From the NCBI RefSeq assembly GCF_000485595.1, contig NW_014577092.1, positions 1-62,791 on the forward strand: 62,791 bases of DNA, given 5' to 3'. This stretch comes from Priapulus caudatus (taxonomy: Eukaryota). Below, one piece after another: positions 13,456 through 26,969 of the stretch. A model generated the notes under the pieces. That model made no database searches and was not told the DNA's origin. It was given only the letters and a program-made list of their open reading frames with translations. Positions within the stretch are counted from its first letter, which is position 1, and each line of letters begins with the position of its first letter. The translations under genes and the position numbers were made by a program.

Positions 13456-16400
13456 TTTATGTAGCCCAAGGTAGCTTGAGCAACTTTGTATTTATACTCA
13501 AAGAAAATACAATCAACAAACGCCCATCAGTAGAAAGTATATTATTTTAGATAATATCATTAATTGGCATTCCATCTTTGAACTTAGACATATGATATCA
13601 AGCTTTATGCAGTTTTGGTGGAGAAAGGTTTTCGTGTGGGGGAGAAATTCATACTCTTCTTCCCTTGATCTACACATGGAAAGCACAATTCTCTACGGGC
13701 AATTGTATTGAATTGCTGAAGTACACAATACCTTTAGCATACCGTGGGTTTGTGTAAATATTTGTAACTGCAGATGTGATATGCGTGAACATGATCGTGT
13801 TCAAGCAATAGCATTGATATTTCACGACTTGCCATTGAAGCCTAAAACCAATAATATTGATGTTGGTTGTATAGTGAGGCTATGCCAGGGGCCTCCGGTT
13901 GGAAAGAGGGGGTGTCAGGTGCAGAGCAGAAGCAATGAAATGTCAAATTCAGTAGGGAGTGGAACTGCAACCGCTTCGTTATAGCTGCTCTCAACTAAGA
14001 TAGTAGAAATAAATGAAACTGGCAAAATGCAACGTCGAAAATATCCAGATGTACACCACACAGAACTGCGCTCATGTTGTTTTACATGAAGAAAAGAAAA
14101 GAACAAGAGATGACAAGAGAGCACAGGAAAAGAAGGAAAATAGGGGTGCGTGTTTGATATCAATTTATTGATAACTTTGCTACCAGCTAAATAAGGCAGG
14201 CATTTTGCATTCATGCATTAATTAGTCCACGGCGTGCTTGAAATTGGATCCGTCACCCGTGAGTAGGTACAAGACGTAGCAATGTAACGTACGTATATGC
14301 TAGTGTATGTTTTTTAAGGCAATCTCTTTTCTGGCCTTCTTCAGCTGTAAGTCTGAGTATGTAATATCTAAATCGAATTATATTGTGTTTTCCTTAAGTC
14401 ATTTGCATAGTGCTAGCTAAAAATTGTACCAAACTTTTAAAATGCAGTCAAGAATAATAAATATATCAAGCAATAAGCCGAATTTACAACTTGAGCATAT
14501 TTGCACAGCTTTTTCAATGTGAAGTGGTCTATTGCCTTGTGTAGTTGTGCACACCAGAACTGAGTTGCTGCTTCAGAGAAGGGCGATTGTGGTCGAGGTG
14601 TTAACAATAGTTTTTTCGTCAGGGCACCTGACACCCTCAGCTATCGGTGCTGCTAGGAGCATATGGGCTATCATGCTATGCATCTAACACTAATAGTAGG
14701 ATGTGTCTATGTTATTACCATACTGGGCGGGCAATCTGAACTCTTTTATTCTGTGGAATATACGGCAAACGATTGCGTTTCCGGTTGTTGGAGATTATTA
14801 TGAATCCATAGCGATTGTCCGATAGCGGTCTGCATGGTTGACAGCGCACCTTATACATTCCACTGATGTTTAGGCTAGCAGCGGGTTGGCCAGGCAAAGC
14901 CCATGCATGAAATGCGACACGAGGCGAATACACTGCAAGGCACATTCTTCGGGTTAGACAAGCATTGGTTGCACCTTGGCCAATAGAATTATTGGCATAG
15001 CGCTCTAAAGTTGGCGCAGCCCCGAGTTGTGTACGTCCATGTTTCATGATCGTGAGTCAAGCTGGTGTAAATTTAGAACCCTGACCTTGATATATGATGC
15101 TGTTAGGGAACAGCCCAATTTAGCAGGTAGGGCGTTAAATCTGAGTACTTTTATGTAAACGCACAAACTATCATATGACATATATTTGTTTAGATGTTGT
15201 AACCTGCATGTGTGAGAGTAAGCCCTCGTAAGTTTTGCGTTTTANNNNNNNNNNNNNNNNNNNNNNNNNCATCTAGGGTCATCTATTCCATTAATTGAAT
15301 GTATTGCTTAGGCTGCTGGATTTCATGTGAGGAAAACCTGATTCTTTTTCATGTATTTAGGATGTAATAAAAGTTGTGGGACCGGCTTGTGCTGCCAGAG
15401 TCAGGAGCTTCTACACATCCACGTGACCACCCGAGTAGTGGCGTAAACAATGTACGTTTAGTTATATATTGAGCTAGAAGTGTATTTTGTAAGATTTAAC
15501 ACAACTAACTGAGGCAGAGCATGGTGTCTAAAAAGTTATTAAATGTTCAAAAGTTTTTTGCAGTGTGTAGTGTCTATAGTTGTAACTATATGTATTTTAT
15601 CTATAAAATAAATTTTAGTTAGCTTATCTAACATTTCACTTATACTTCAAATACTATAACTGTAGTTAATATTATAATATATATATATGAATATATGAAA
15701 TGAAAGGGTTTTAGACATATTCGCTTGATCTTTAGCTCATGAGCTAGCTTAGCTCATGCATTCTATAGATGCATTCCTGCACTACATCTTTTGCTGACAA
15801 ACCATTGTAAAAATGCAAGTAAATAACTCACTACACTTTAACTGAACGTTAGCTTTGAAGATAAAACTGTGAAATTATGTATCAAGCCTAGTGATGTCAC
15901 GATCATCGATTATACTCGATCATAAGTTGAAGCAGTGGCTCGAACCAACGCGCTTGTGTTATCAAAATCCATAATTGATTTAATGATAAAAAAATTGTTT
16001 TTTTTAAACTTGAACAAGAAAACTTGAAAGTGATGGCGAATCCAAGAAGATATCTCGGCTCTATACAAGTTATCCTTTATAACATACATGTATTATACAC
16101 ACAGTAGTAAAGCAGTGGCAAACAAACAGTAAACAGGGCTAAACAAGCACATACATGCACACACTTACATGCGGCACGACGTTACGCACAGCGCAGGCAT
16201 TCCAACAGCCGGCCGAGTCAACCGAATTGTAACGCGATCATCGTTACTTGGTCGCAACTGATGATCGTTTAGCGAAATTACAACACCGATTGACAACACT
16301 AATCCAGAGAGAGTCGGGTACAAGATGGCGTTGCGAAATAGATTGCGTTGTTCCCCGACCGCCAAGGAGCGGTTTTAAACCGGCTGCACCTTTCCGCGGG

Positions 16401-19400
16401 ACTGGGCCGCACGCGCACGCGCGGGTGTTGTATGTAGTATTTGCGCATGCCCGCTATACGAATTCGCGCGCGCGAAGGAGGGGCCGGCGCGCGCGAAATC
16501 CGTATAGCGGGAAGCGTAAGCATCGCGCAGTTTTCGTCCACACTAAACCGGCCGGCTACGGCGGGCATTTTGCTGGCTGCTGCTTGCGCTGAGAGGGTCG
16601 CTATGTCCCCGGGTAGTGGCCGGAACGTACCGACTGGTACGGTTCGGTATACCGGAAACGTACCCTGGCATATCTAAATATGCCGCCGGACGCGTACCTG
16701 CGCCTACTCCACTAACCGGAGTCTAGGGAGCCGCCTAACTGCCTACATCCGCTAACTACAATCCTAATCCTTACCCCTAACCCTAATCCGTAGACCCTAA
16801 CACCATAGTAAATAGTGACCACAGTACGTTCCGGTTATATCCGGACCGTACCTCAGGGATACGTTCCGGGCAGTACCGCTGGGGGACATAGACCTTTATG
16901 AGCGACTGCTTGCCTTGTTGCGCGCGTGCGGCGTCAAGGGCGAGTATTTGTTTGCATGGCGGCTTTGGCCCTTTGGCCCCGCAGCAGTTAATCTTACAGA
17001 TTAGCCCTACGTGTAAAAACTGCACGGCCACGTTTCACTGCCACCGTGACCTTTCCTCGCAGTATTCGCCGGCCCCAGCGGAAAATATTTTTTTCGCCAA
17101 ACCGGGGTATTTAAACATAAGGCAAAAAGGAATATAGCCCCCGGGCCCCTTCTGATTTGGGGGGTTTTTTGGCCCCCTTCCGATTTTTTCCTTTTTATAT
17201 TTTTATTATTTTATAAGAAATATAATGTTTTTTTTTATATTTTTTTTTTTATATGAAAGGTTTTTGGTTTTAGGTTAAGGTTAGGGGGTTTAGAGTTTAG
17301 GGTTAGGGGGGTTTAGGGTTAAGTGGTTTAGGGTTTAGGGGTTACACTTCTGTAAGGAGCAAGTCTTGGGTTAACTTTTTTGGGGGTTATAAACATTATT
17401 GGTACCCTCCCGGGGGTTAACACATTGGGGGGGGGTTTTTCCAAAAAGGGATTAGGAAAAAAAAGGAAACCATGGGGGGGGTCCCCCCAATTTTCAAACC
17501 AAATTTTGGGTTTTCATTTACATCAAATTATAAATAAAATATAATATTAACAATCAAATAAATAATAGGTGTTTTAGGGGTTTATGGGGGGTTTTTTAGG
17601 GTTTTTTAGGGTTGGGGATTTTGGGGGTTTTTAGGGTTTAGAGGTTAGGGTTAGGTTTAGGCACATTGCTTTTGTATTGGGACCCATGTTCTTCTATCCT
17701 TGGCCATATGCGGCCGTAACCTTTCGACAAACGACCCTTCAGCACTACTAGAGCTTACGACGGTCACTATATATCACTAGGCCTAAGTACTAGGCTTTTT
17801 ACGACAGTACTTAGAGCTATACGTACTCGTACTCGGTTTTTTGGGACCGCCTCGTTTTAAAGTAGGTATTACCTTAGTACGGTTAGACCTAGTCGTAGTA
17901 AGTAAGCCTAGTGTTTACCCCTGGAGGGGGCCAAAGCCGAAACGGTAATAATCGGAAACCCCAACGGCCAAACGAACATTAAAAAAGTTAAAACAAGAAA
18001 TTCGGGCCCAGCTTTATAAGTTTAACTAATAAGTGATAAGCCTAGACGCGCTCTCAAACCCAGAAACGGCGATGATATTTGGTTAATTCACATCTAACTC
18101 CATGTTGTTTTAAAGAAAACATAGCTACCAAAGCTACTTTAAGCGCTCAGCTTACAGAAAGTTCGGAAAGTTTTTGGTAGACTATATGTGGGGATTTTGG
18201 CCTACAAGTGCATGGAGGCTGACATCTTGGGCAATTCGCAGCTGGCGAAATGAAAAGGTCCCCGCTCGCGCCTAAATCTTTTTCGTTTGGGAAAAACATT
18301 TCGCGCGCGGGCCAGCGCAGCGTATGTTGGTCGGCACGACGTGGAGTTGCCACGGCAGCGCGGGTCGGGAGGGTTTGCTGAAAACATGTCCCAGCGTCAT
18401 GCACGCCTAGGCGCCGTAACGGGCGGCAAATCGCAATTGCAGATAGACCGGCCCGTCCCGCCACGTGGAGCGCGCGTAACAACACTTCGTCAAAAGTATT
18501 GTGATAGACAAAACTCTAATAGCTGCGGCAAGTAGTGGCAGTCATCGCGTAGCGGCAACGAGGGCGAAGCGCGTCATGGCGCTGAATTGACAGCATTTCT
18601 TGAGGTTTCTTGTAGGCAGTCACTAGATTTAGCGCATGAGGCGGCGCCAGCCCCAAAAAATACGTTTAGGGGCGCGTTTTGAGATGGCCTACTGCTGTCG
18701 CAGTGCGCGAAATGTCGGTTGGATTGGCGCCCAGTTTTTTTCGCGAGTCAATGCGTTTTTCAGAGGACCCCCTGTCTCAGATATCTGTCCTAAAGTGGAC
18801 AAAAAAGGGGGCGCGTATCGGCGTTTGGGGCGGCGGCTTCGCGCGCGAGCTTGGCGCTGCGCGCAATAAACCGGGGTCACTCGGCCCGCGCAAGTTGCGT
18901 CAAGCCTATATTTCGCGCTCAACGAAAAAAACAACTTGAAAAATGCGTTTTTGCCGCGGTTCTGTATCATGGCGGCAAAGAGTTGACGGGCAGGTCACGT
19001 ATATATCCAGTACAAACCCTATAGATATCATATAACACATGTGTTATATGATATCTATGAGCATATGCGGCCTTCATGACCTTCAGCGCTTGGCAACACC
19101 ACATGGCAACAAGAGACACGTCACAACATCGCCACAGTGCGGCAAAAGTCAACGTTGTTTGATACATTCGACCCGACACTTTTACTTTGCAGTCTAAAAG
19201 CTTTGAATGAACGTATCACACATAATATATAGGCAGGTACAAACGTGCAATGTTAAAATAATTCATTTTGCCTGATTTTATGTTTGCCGCTTGAAACTTC
19301 GAATCAGGGCACCTTTAACTGTTACTTTGACAGATACACAGCTCTTATTTATTTCTCTATTGGGGTATTTGGGTTGATTTTGCTTGACACTAGGTATGTT

Positions 19401-19747
19401 TCTTACAGTGATTTATTGGTACCACTGCAGTTGTTAAAAAGTAAAATGCATTTTTTAACTTTTCAACCAGAAATTTTTAGGAAATGTTTGCCTTGGTGAC
19501 ACATGAATTTTCAATGGTACCTTAAAATGTCTGATTACACAATGGTAATATAGTGGTCGTTCAATAATAAAATGATAATTTGGTACCATATGTATGATCT
19601 AGTACCTAGTTCTTTAGTAGTCTATATCTATATCCAGTTTATGTGTGCTCGTAGTTATGTCAGCTGTTGATAATAAATATGACACGCCCATTACTGGCTG
19701 CAAGAGCTGAGAATGAAATTAGTATATAATTTTTTTAATGAAGTTAT

Positions 19748-22700
19748 TGTAATGTTCTATTTTTCAGTAGATCGTTTTGCCGGGTGGAGAGGGCTCGGGG
19801 GGGGGGTATTCTAGGAATAAACGTGGTGGTTGAGTTTCACATATCTGCGTCCTCTAATTTATTGGAGTAAGAGTGATGTGAGGTAAAAATATCTACTCTA
19901 ATTCATGCACTAAGAGAGATACAACACTGGCGACGAGGATAATACTATTTTGGTGAAGGAAATTATCTGGAATGGAGATAAATAAGATACCGACGTTTGA
20001 CTGCTACTCTGACCCGGCTACGTGCGGTCCACGCTGGACGCGATGGCTGACAGCGTTCGAACTATGCTGATGGGAAAGGTCTTATCGTTAACGAAGATAC
20101 GGACAATACTACGAAGCAAAGGAGAAGAGCGTTGTTACTTCACTCTGCCGGACTTGATGTGCAGGACGTGTTTTCTACATTACCAGCCACCGGAGGAGTC
20201 CATCGGATTATGTAACAGCATGAACAGGCATTGAACACTTATTTCGTAGCCCGGCAAATAAATTCAGTCGTTTGCGTAGAGCAGGACATTGTCACCAGAT
20301 CACTGCAAGACACTGCAGGTGAGACTGTGAAAACAATTTGTCCACACGTTTGGAGAAATGCGGCGAGAGACTAATTTGGCAGAGGCGATATTAGAGAATC
20401 AGATCCAGAGAACACAAGTAGTGACTGAGGGCAAGTCTCGTCCCCCGGATTATCGAAAAAAAAGGAGATGCTGGCTGGAAGAAGGCCAGCGCATCCCTGA
20501 CATTCCAGCCGTGCATAAACAAGGTGGCAGACGCAGTGCGAACCAGGATGGTGGAGGGCCAAATGGCGGCAACTGTTCGACCGGCAAATAAGGCCACACA
20601 CANNNNNNNNNNNNNNNNNNNNNNNNNNNNNNNNNNNNNNNNNNNNNNNNNNNNNNNNNNNNNNNNNNNNNNNNNNNNNNNNNNNNNNNNNNNNNNNNNN
20701 NNNNNNNNNNNNNNNNNNNNNNNNNNNNNNNNNNNNNNNNNNNNNNNNNNNNNNNNNNNNNNNNNNNNNNNNNNNNNNNNNNNNNNNNNNNNNNNNNNNN
20801 NNNNNNNNNNNNNNNNNNNNNNNNNNNNNNNNNNNNNNNNNNNNNNNNNNNNNNNNNNNNNNNNNNNNNNNNNNNNNNNNNNNNNNNNNNNNNNNNNNNN
20901 NNNNNNNNNNNNNNNNNNNNNNNNNNNNNNNNNNNNNNNNNNNNNNNNNNNNNNNNNNNNNNNNNNNNNNNNNNNNNNNNNNNNNNNNNNNNNNNNNNNN
21001 NNNNNNNNNNNNNNNNNNNNNNNNNNNNNNNNNNNNNNNNNNNNNNNNNNNNNNNNNNNNNNNNNNNNNNNNNNNNNNNNNNNNNNNNNNNNNNNNNNNN
21101 NNNNNNNNNNNNNNNNNNNNNNNNNNNNNNNNNNNNNNNNNNNNNNNNNNNNNNNNNNNNNNNNNNNNNNNNNNNNNNNNNNNNNNNNNNNNNNNNNNNN
21201 NNNNNNNNNNNNNNNNNNNNNNNNNNNNNNNNNNNNNNNNNNNNNNNNNNNNNNNNNNNNNNNNNNNNNNNNNNNNNNNNNNNNNNNNNNNNNNNNNNNN
21301 NNNNNNNNNNNNNNNNNNNNNNNNNNNNNNNNNNNNNNNNNNNNNNNNNNNNNNNNNNNNNNNNNNNNNNNNNNNNNNNNNNNNNNNNNNNNNNNNNNNN
21401 NNNNCTAGGCAAGTAATTATCCACATTGATCACACTGTACCGCCAGTAGCACAACCCTTGAGGCGAACTCCATTCAATTTGAGGGATAAGGTAGATGGAA
21501 AGATAAAAGAATTACTGGATCTAGACATCATTGAACCAGTCAATGGTCCCACACCTTGGGTAAATCCAGTCGTAGTCGTCCCGAAAGCAGCAGGTGACAT
21601 AAGGCTGTGTCTTGATATGCGTAGAGCAAATGAGGCTGTTATTCATGGCCGATACCCCATACCCACCGTGGATGAACTGCTCCAAAATATTAATGGGTCA
21701 AAAGTGTTCAGCAGATTAGATTTAAAGTGGGGTTATCACCAGTTGGAGCTGTCTCCAGAGTGTCGTGAAATCACCACATTCGCCACTCATTCAGGGCTGT
21801 ATCGCTATAAAAGATTATTGTTTGGTGTATGTTCCGCCAGCGAGCAATATCAACACGAGATAGCAACAGCGTTAGCAGGCATCGAGGGTGTGGAAAATAT
21901 CTCTGACGATATCATAGTGCATGGACCTGATAAAGAAACACATGATAGACAGCTACATGCAGTAATGAAACGGCTGCAGTCCAGCGGGCTAACACTGAAT
22001 TCCGACAAATGTCAATTTGATATGGATCAGCTTGTATTCATGGGGATACTACTATCCGAGAAGGCTATAGGGCCTAGTGAGGACAGGGTAAAAGCTGTGA
22101 TGGAAGCGCGAGAGCCAGCGAGTGCATCAGAGGTGCGAAGCTTTTTAGGTCTAGTGTGTTATAGTGGCAAGTTTATACCGCAGTTCGCGACCATTTCTGA
22201 GCCACTGAGGAAACTGACTCATAAGGAGGTACAATTCAACTTTGGTCCCGAGCAGAAAGCATCATTCCAGGCTTTGAAGGACATTCTCGCTAAAGCAATA
22301 ACGTTGGCTTACTTTGATAAAGATGCCCCCACTAAGGTGATAGCTGATGCTAGTCCAGTTGGTCTAGGTGCTGTGCTAGTACAGGAACAGAATGGGAAGT
22401 TCGTACCAGTATGTTATGCGAGTCGTAGTTTGAGCGACTGTGAACGTAGATATTCACAGACAGAGCGTGAAGCGCTGGGTCTAGTTTGGGCGTGCGAGAG
22501 ATTTCATGCATACATATATGGTATGGAATTTGATTTAGTGACGGATCATAAACCATTAGAGGCTATCTACAGCCCGCGTTCCCAGCCGTGTGCGCGAATT
22601 GAAAGATGGGTGCTACGTCTCCAACCTTATACGTTCAAAGTAGTGTATGTACCAGGGCCAAAGAATATAGCAGATTCATTGTCACGCTTTCTAAGTGGTA

Positions 22701-24495
22701 AGGCCAATGCACCAGGGCATGTACATGGTGCAGAGGAATATGTGGGGTTTGTTGCCAGCAATGCGACACCAAGAGCGTTAACTACACGTGAGGTAGAACA
22801 AATGTCTGCAGCTGACGACGAGCTAATCGTATTACGAGAAGCAATAAAGACGGGTCGATGTGAGAAATGCAAAGCGTTTGCGCCAATAGTGGCAGAATTA
22901 TGCGTGATTGGACAGTTGGTGCTATGAGGTACTCGTATTGTATTACCAAGTAAGTTACGACCACAAGCGCTAGATTTGGCACACGAAAGGCATTTAGGTG
23001 TGGTCGGGGAACGAAACAGAATCTAAGAAGCAAAGTGTGGTGGCCAGGCATAGATAGAGCTGCCGAGAAGTATTGTAGATCGTGTCATGGTTGTCAGTTA
23101 GTCACGCATCCAGATCCACCCGAACCGCTGAGACCAACAACGCTACCGGACGGACCCTGGCAGGATGTCGCTATCGACTTGCTGGGACCATTTCCATTGG
23201 AACATTCGATAGTTGTCCTAGTTGACTACTATAGTTGGTTCTATGAATACGATATTCTAAACTCTACCCTGGCTGTAAAGATAATCGATAGTTTGGAGGA
23301 GATATTCAGTCGTCATGGACTCCCTATCACTATCAAGTCGGATAACGGACCACAGTTTCGTTCTGAAGAGTTCCAGGAGTATTGTGATCAAAATGGGGTC
23401 ACGGCCCTCAAGGTTACTGCAAAATGGGCGCAAGCAAATGGCGAGGTAGAACGCCAGAATAAGTCGCTGATGAAGAGAATTCGTATCGCTCAGGCAGAAG
23501 GGTTAGACTGGAAAAGAGAACTCAGGAAGTATGTGACGAAATACCGTGGCATTGACCATCATACTACAGGGAGAAGTCCAGCTGAACTCTTGTTTAATCG
23601 TAAAGTGAGAGGGAAATTACCAGATTTCCAGGCAGACAGTCGTAGTGATATGGAGGTACGCGATCGTGATGCTGAACAGAAAGGGAAAGCGAAAATCTAC
23701 GCTGACGAACGTCGCAACGCGCAATACTCTTGCGTTGATGTTGGTGATAAAGTTCCGATCAGGAAATAGAAAACCAATAAGTTTTCAACAACATTCGATC
23801 CGGTTCCCCACACTGTCGTAAGCAAATTTGGTAATAGTCTTGTAGTGGAGGCTCCGAATGATACTCAATACTCATAGAAATACTACTCATGTTAGGAAAT
23901 ACGCGTCGAATGCTAGTACTCCCATACAGGACGATAAGGTAGAAGGTACCGCGTCACCCATGCCACCAATGATTGAAACTAGAGCAAATAGTGGAGTTCC
24001 AGACAGTGATGTGTCAGAACTAGTTATAGATCCAGATGTTCAGGCTTCATCTGAAGATACGTCTCAGATGCCACAATCTTCTTTGACAACCCAGTATCGT
24101 AGATCCCACAGGCAAAAGAGAGTACCTGCTAAGTACTCTGACTATGTAATGGAGTAGAATTTCGTTTCTATTGTGTTGGAGATACAATGTCTTGAGATTA
24201 GTTGTTCCACAGTTGTGTTACTGGAATAAGTTTGAATTTAGTTCAGACATTGTATGTTATATGGCAAAGGGTTTATTGCTCCAGGTTATTGTGTTCCTTT
24301 AAAGAAATGAAGAGATGTAATGTTCTATTGTTCATGGATCGTTTTGCCGGGTGGAGAGAGCTCGGGGGCGGGGGGTATTCTAGGAATAAACGTGGTGGTT
24401 GAGTTTCACATATCTGCGTCCTCTAATTTATTGGAGTAAGAGTGATGTGAGGTAAAAATATCTACTCTAATTCATGCACTAAGAGAGATACAACA
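19748..24495 (+). mobile_element. Ty3/Gypsy (Mag-like) LTR retrotransposon, cleaner copy
   Basis: 5' LTR 19748-19926, PBS 19928-19940, gag ATG 19972, PPT AAAGAAATGAAGAGA 24301-24315, 3' LTR 24316-24495, flanks GTTAT/TTTAT (5-bp TSD, one mismatch). Confidence 0.95.
21405..24157 (+). pseudogene. Gypsy pol (RT-RNase H-integrase) interrupted by stops/frameshifts
   Basis: RT: LDLKWGYHQ, GLYRYKRLLFG, ISDDII. RNase H: ADASPVGLGAVL, YSQTEREAL, TDHKPL. Integrase: WWPG..CRSCHGC, DLLGP, SDNGPQF, NGEVERQN. Stops at 22925-22927 and 23767-23769. Confidence 0.93.
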
Positions 24496-24589
24496 TTTAT
24501 GTTACCCAAGGTACTTACAACTTGTATTTTATACTCAAAGAAAATACAATCAACAAACGCCCATCAGTGAAAGTATATTATTTTAGATA

Positions 24590-24900
24590 ATATATTAATG
24601 GCATTCATCTTTTAACTAGACATATGATATCAAGCTTTATGCAGTTTGGTGGAGAAGGTTTTGTGTGGGGGGAAATTCATACTCTTCTTCCCTTGATCTA
24701 CACATGGAAAGCACAATTCTCTACGCAATTGTATTGAATTGCTGAAGTACACATACCTTTACATACCGTGGGTTTGTGTAATATTGTAACTGCAGATGTG
24801 ATATGCGTGAACATGATTGTTCAACAATAGATTGATATTTCACGACTTGATTGAACCTAAAACCAATATATTGATGTTGGTTGTATAGTGAGGTGGCAGG
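24590..24900 (-). mobile_element. possible highly decayed non-LTR retrotransposon RT C-terminal remnant
   Basis: weak minus-strand resemblance to LINE ORF2 tail motifs (HQYIG.RF, HTKP.L..L..LDI across frames). Confidence 0.25.
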
Positions 24901-26833
24901 GGCCCGGTTGAAAGAGGGGGTGTCAGGTGCAGACAGAAGCAAAAATGTCAAATTCAGAAGGGAGTGGAACTGCACACCTTCGTTATAGCGCTCTCACTAA
25001 GAAGTAGAAATAAATGAAACTGGCAAAATGCACGTCGGAAATATCCAATGTACACCACACAGAACTGCTCTCTTTGTTTTACATAAGAAAAAGAAAAGAA
25101 CAAGAGATGACAAAGAGACAAGAAAAGAAGGAAAATAGGGTCGTGTTTGATATCAATTATTGATAAATTTGCTACAGCTAAATAAGGAAGGCATTTTGCA
25201 TTCATGCAATTAATTAGTCACGGCGTGCCTTGAAATGGATCCGTCACCCGTGAGTAGGTACAAGACGTAGCAATGTACGTACGTATACTCGGTGTATGTT
25301 TTTTAAGCAATCTCTTTCTGGCCTTTTCACTGTAAGCTGAGTATGTAATATCTAAATCGATTATATTGGTGTTTTTGCATAGTGGTCATTTGCATTGCAT
25401 TGTCATTGCATTGTCATTGTCATTTGCATTTTGCATTGGTCATTTGCATAGTGCTGCTAAAAATTGTACAACTTTTAATCAGCAAAATAATAAATATATA
25501 ACAATAAGCCGAATTTACAGCTTAGCATATTTGCACAGCTTTTTCAATGTGAAGTGGTCTATTCCTTGTGTAGTTGGTGCACACCAGAACTGAGTTGCTG
25601 CCTTCAGAGAAGGGCGATTGTGGCGAGGTGTTACCAAATAGTTTTTCGTCAGGGCACCTGACACCCTCACTATTCGGTGCTGCTAGGAGCATATGGGCTA
25701 TCATCTATCATCTAACACTAATAGTAGGATGTGTCTATGTTATTACCATCTGGGCGCAATGACTCTTATCTGTGGAATAACCAAACGATTGCGTTTCGGT
25801 TGTTGGAGATTATTATGAATCCTAGCATTGTCGATACGGTCTGCATGGGTTGACAGCCACCTTATACCATTCCACTGATGATTTAGCTAGCAGCGGGTTG
25901 GCCAGGCAAGCCCATGCATGAATGCACACGAGCGATACCTGCAAGCACATTCTTCCGGGTTAGACAAGCATGGTTCACCTTGGCCAATAGAATTATTGCA
26001 TACCTCTAAAGTTGGCCAGCCCAGTTTGTACGTCCATGTTTCATGATCGTAGTCAAGCTGGTGGTATTTAGAACCCTGGTACCTTGATATATGATGCTGT
26101 AGGGAACACCAATTTAGCAGGTAGGGCGTTAAATCTGAGTACTTTTATGTAAACGCACATACGTATCATATGTAATATATTGTGTTTAGATGTTGTAACC
26201 ATGCAGTGTGGAGTAACCCTCGTAGTTTGCGTTTTTGTGGCTGCATTAACCCGTTGTTTACACTAGCTGTAACCCACATGTGTTTACTAATGATAAGATA
26301 TGTGTCTTCTGCTAATCAAACTAACGTAACAGCTTTTCTATGCAGATATGTACACAAATGCATCGCGTCATGATTAGTTGTTCACTATTAGCAGATCTTA
26401 GAGTACGTGAAAGGGTGCCAAATCAATTATAATCGTTATATTCGTTAATCGTATCATATTGATATATACGTTTGTTTTCGATCCGTCAATGTTTGGATGA
26501 GTTCATGTGCACACATCGCAACTAGTACAACAACAAAAACTTTGTTTGCCCATAAAATATGGCCCGATGGAAGTAGTGTTTGCGTAGCAATACTCGTAGC
26601 TGCCACTCCTAGATACGGTAGATGTAGGTGTGGAATTTTACCAGACTAGAGAGAGGGGGGAGGGTAAAAGGACATCTTCAAAACAGGCTGCCATTTAAAA
26701 CCAGCTTGCAGCAAGGTATGGGCACTGCTTAACGCATTTATTAAAGAAACAAGCTGTGCGTGCCTTTTTGGTGAAAGTTGAAAAATATCAAGTCACTTAA
26801 TTGAACGTTGGCGAAGTGCCTCGGGCTGCTTAC

Positions 26834-26969
26834 ATGTCCATGGCTTGTTCGGAAAACGAACGTAGAAAGGAGGAAGAGCGCTTACCATGGCAGCTAACGT
26901 CTTTTGAGGCTGAAAGATCGGCAGCATTGAGCCTGGACCTGGCAGCGGTTTTTGTTGACGATCTGCCTG
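26834..26969 (+). CDS. PLC candidate alternative first coding exon 1a ([12 protein letters not shown]...VDDLP)
   Basis: ATG-initiated open frame ending in phase-1 donor G|GTGAGC, compatible with the phase-1 acceptor at 39606. Confidence 0.55.

Larger units (their letters stand above)
4580..15244 (+). repeat. copy 1 of ~10.7 kb tandem duplication (probable assembly false duplication)
   Basis: colinear with 15271-~26235 from ATCTAGGGTCATCTATTCC to GTTT(T)GCGTTTTT; differences are mostly scattered small indels. Confidence 0.9.
15271..26235 (+). repeat. copy 2 of ~10.7 kb tandem duplication, includes a duplicate of FAAP24 last exon (15361-15426)
   Basis: follows a 25-N gap (15245-15269); heavy homopolymer noise at ~16000-19000; internal 802-N gap at 20603-21404. 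Confidence 0.9.

Noticed and set aside
15361..15426. Second FAAP24 last exon as an alternative 3' end
   Set aside because: It is identical to 4671-4736 and lies inside the probable false duplication
20371..21454. Long ORFs of 294-351 aa
   Set aside because: They are translations of the N gap
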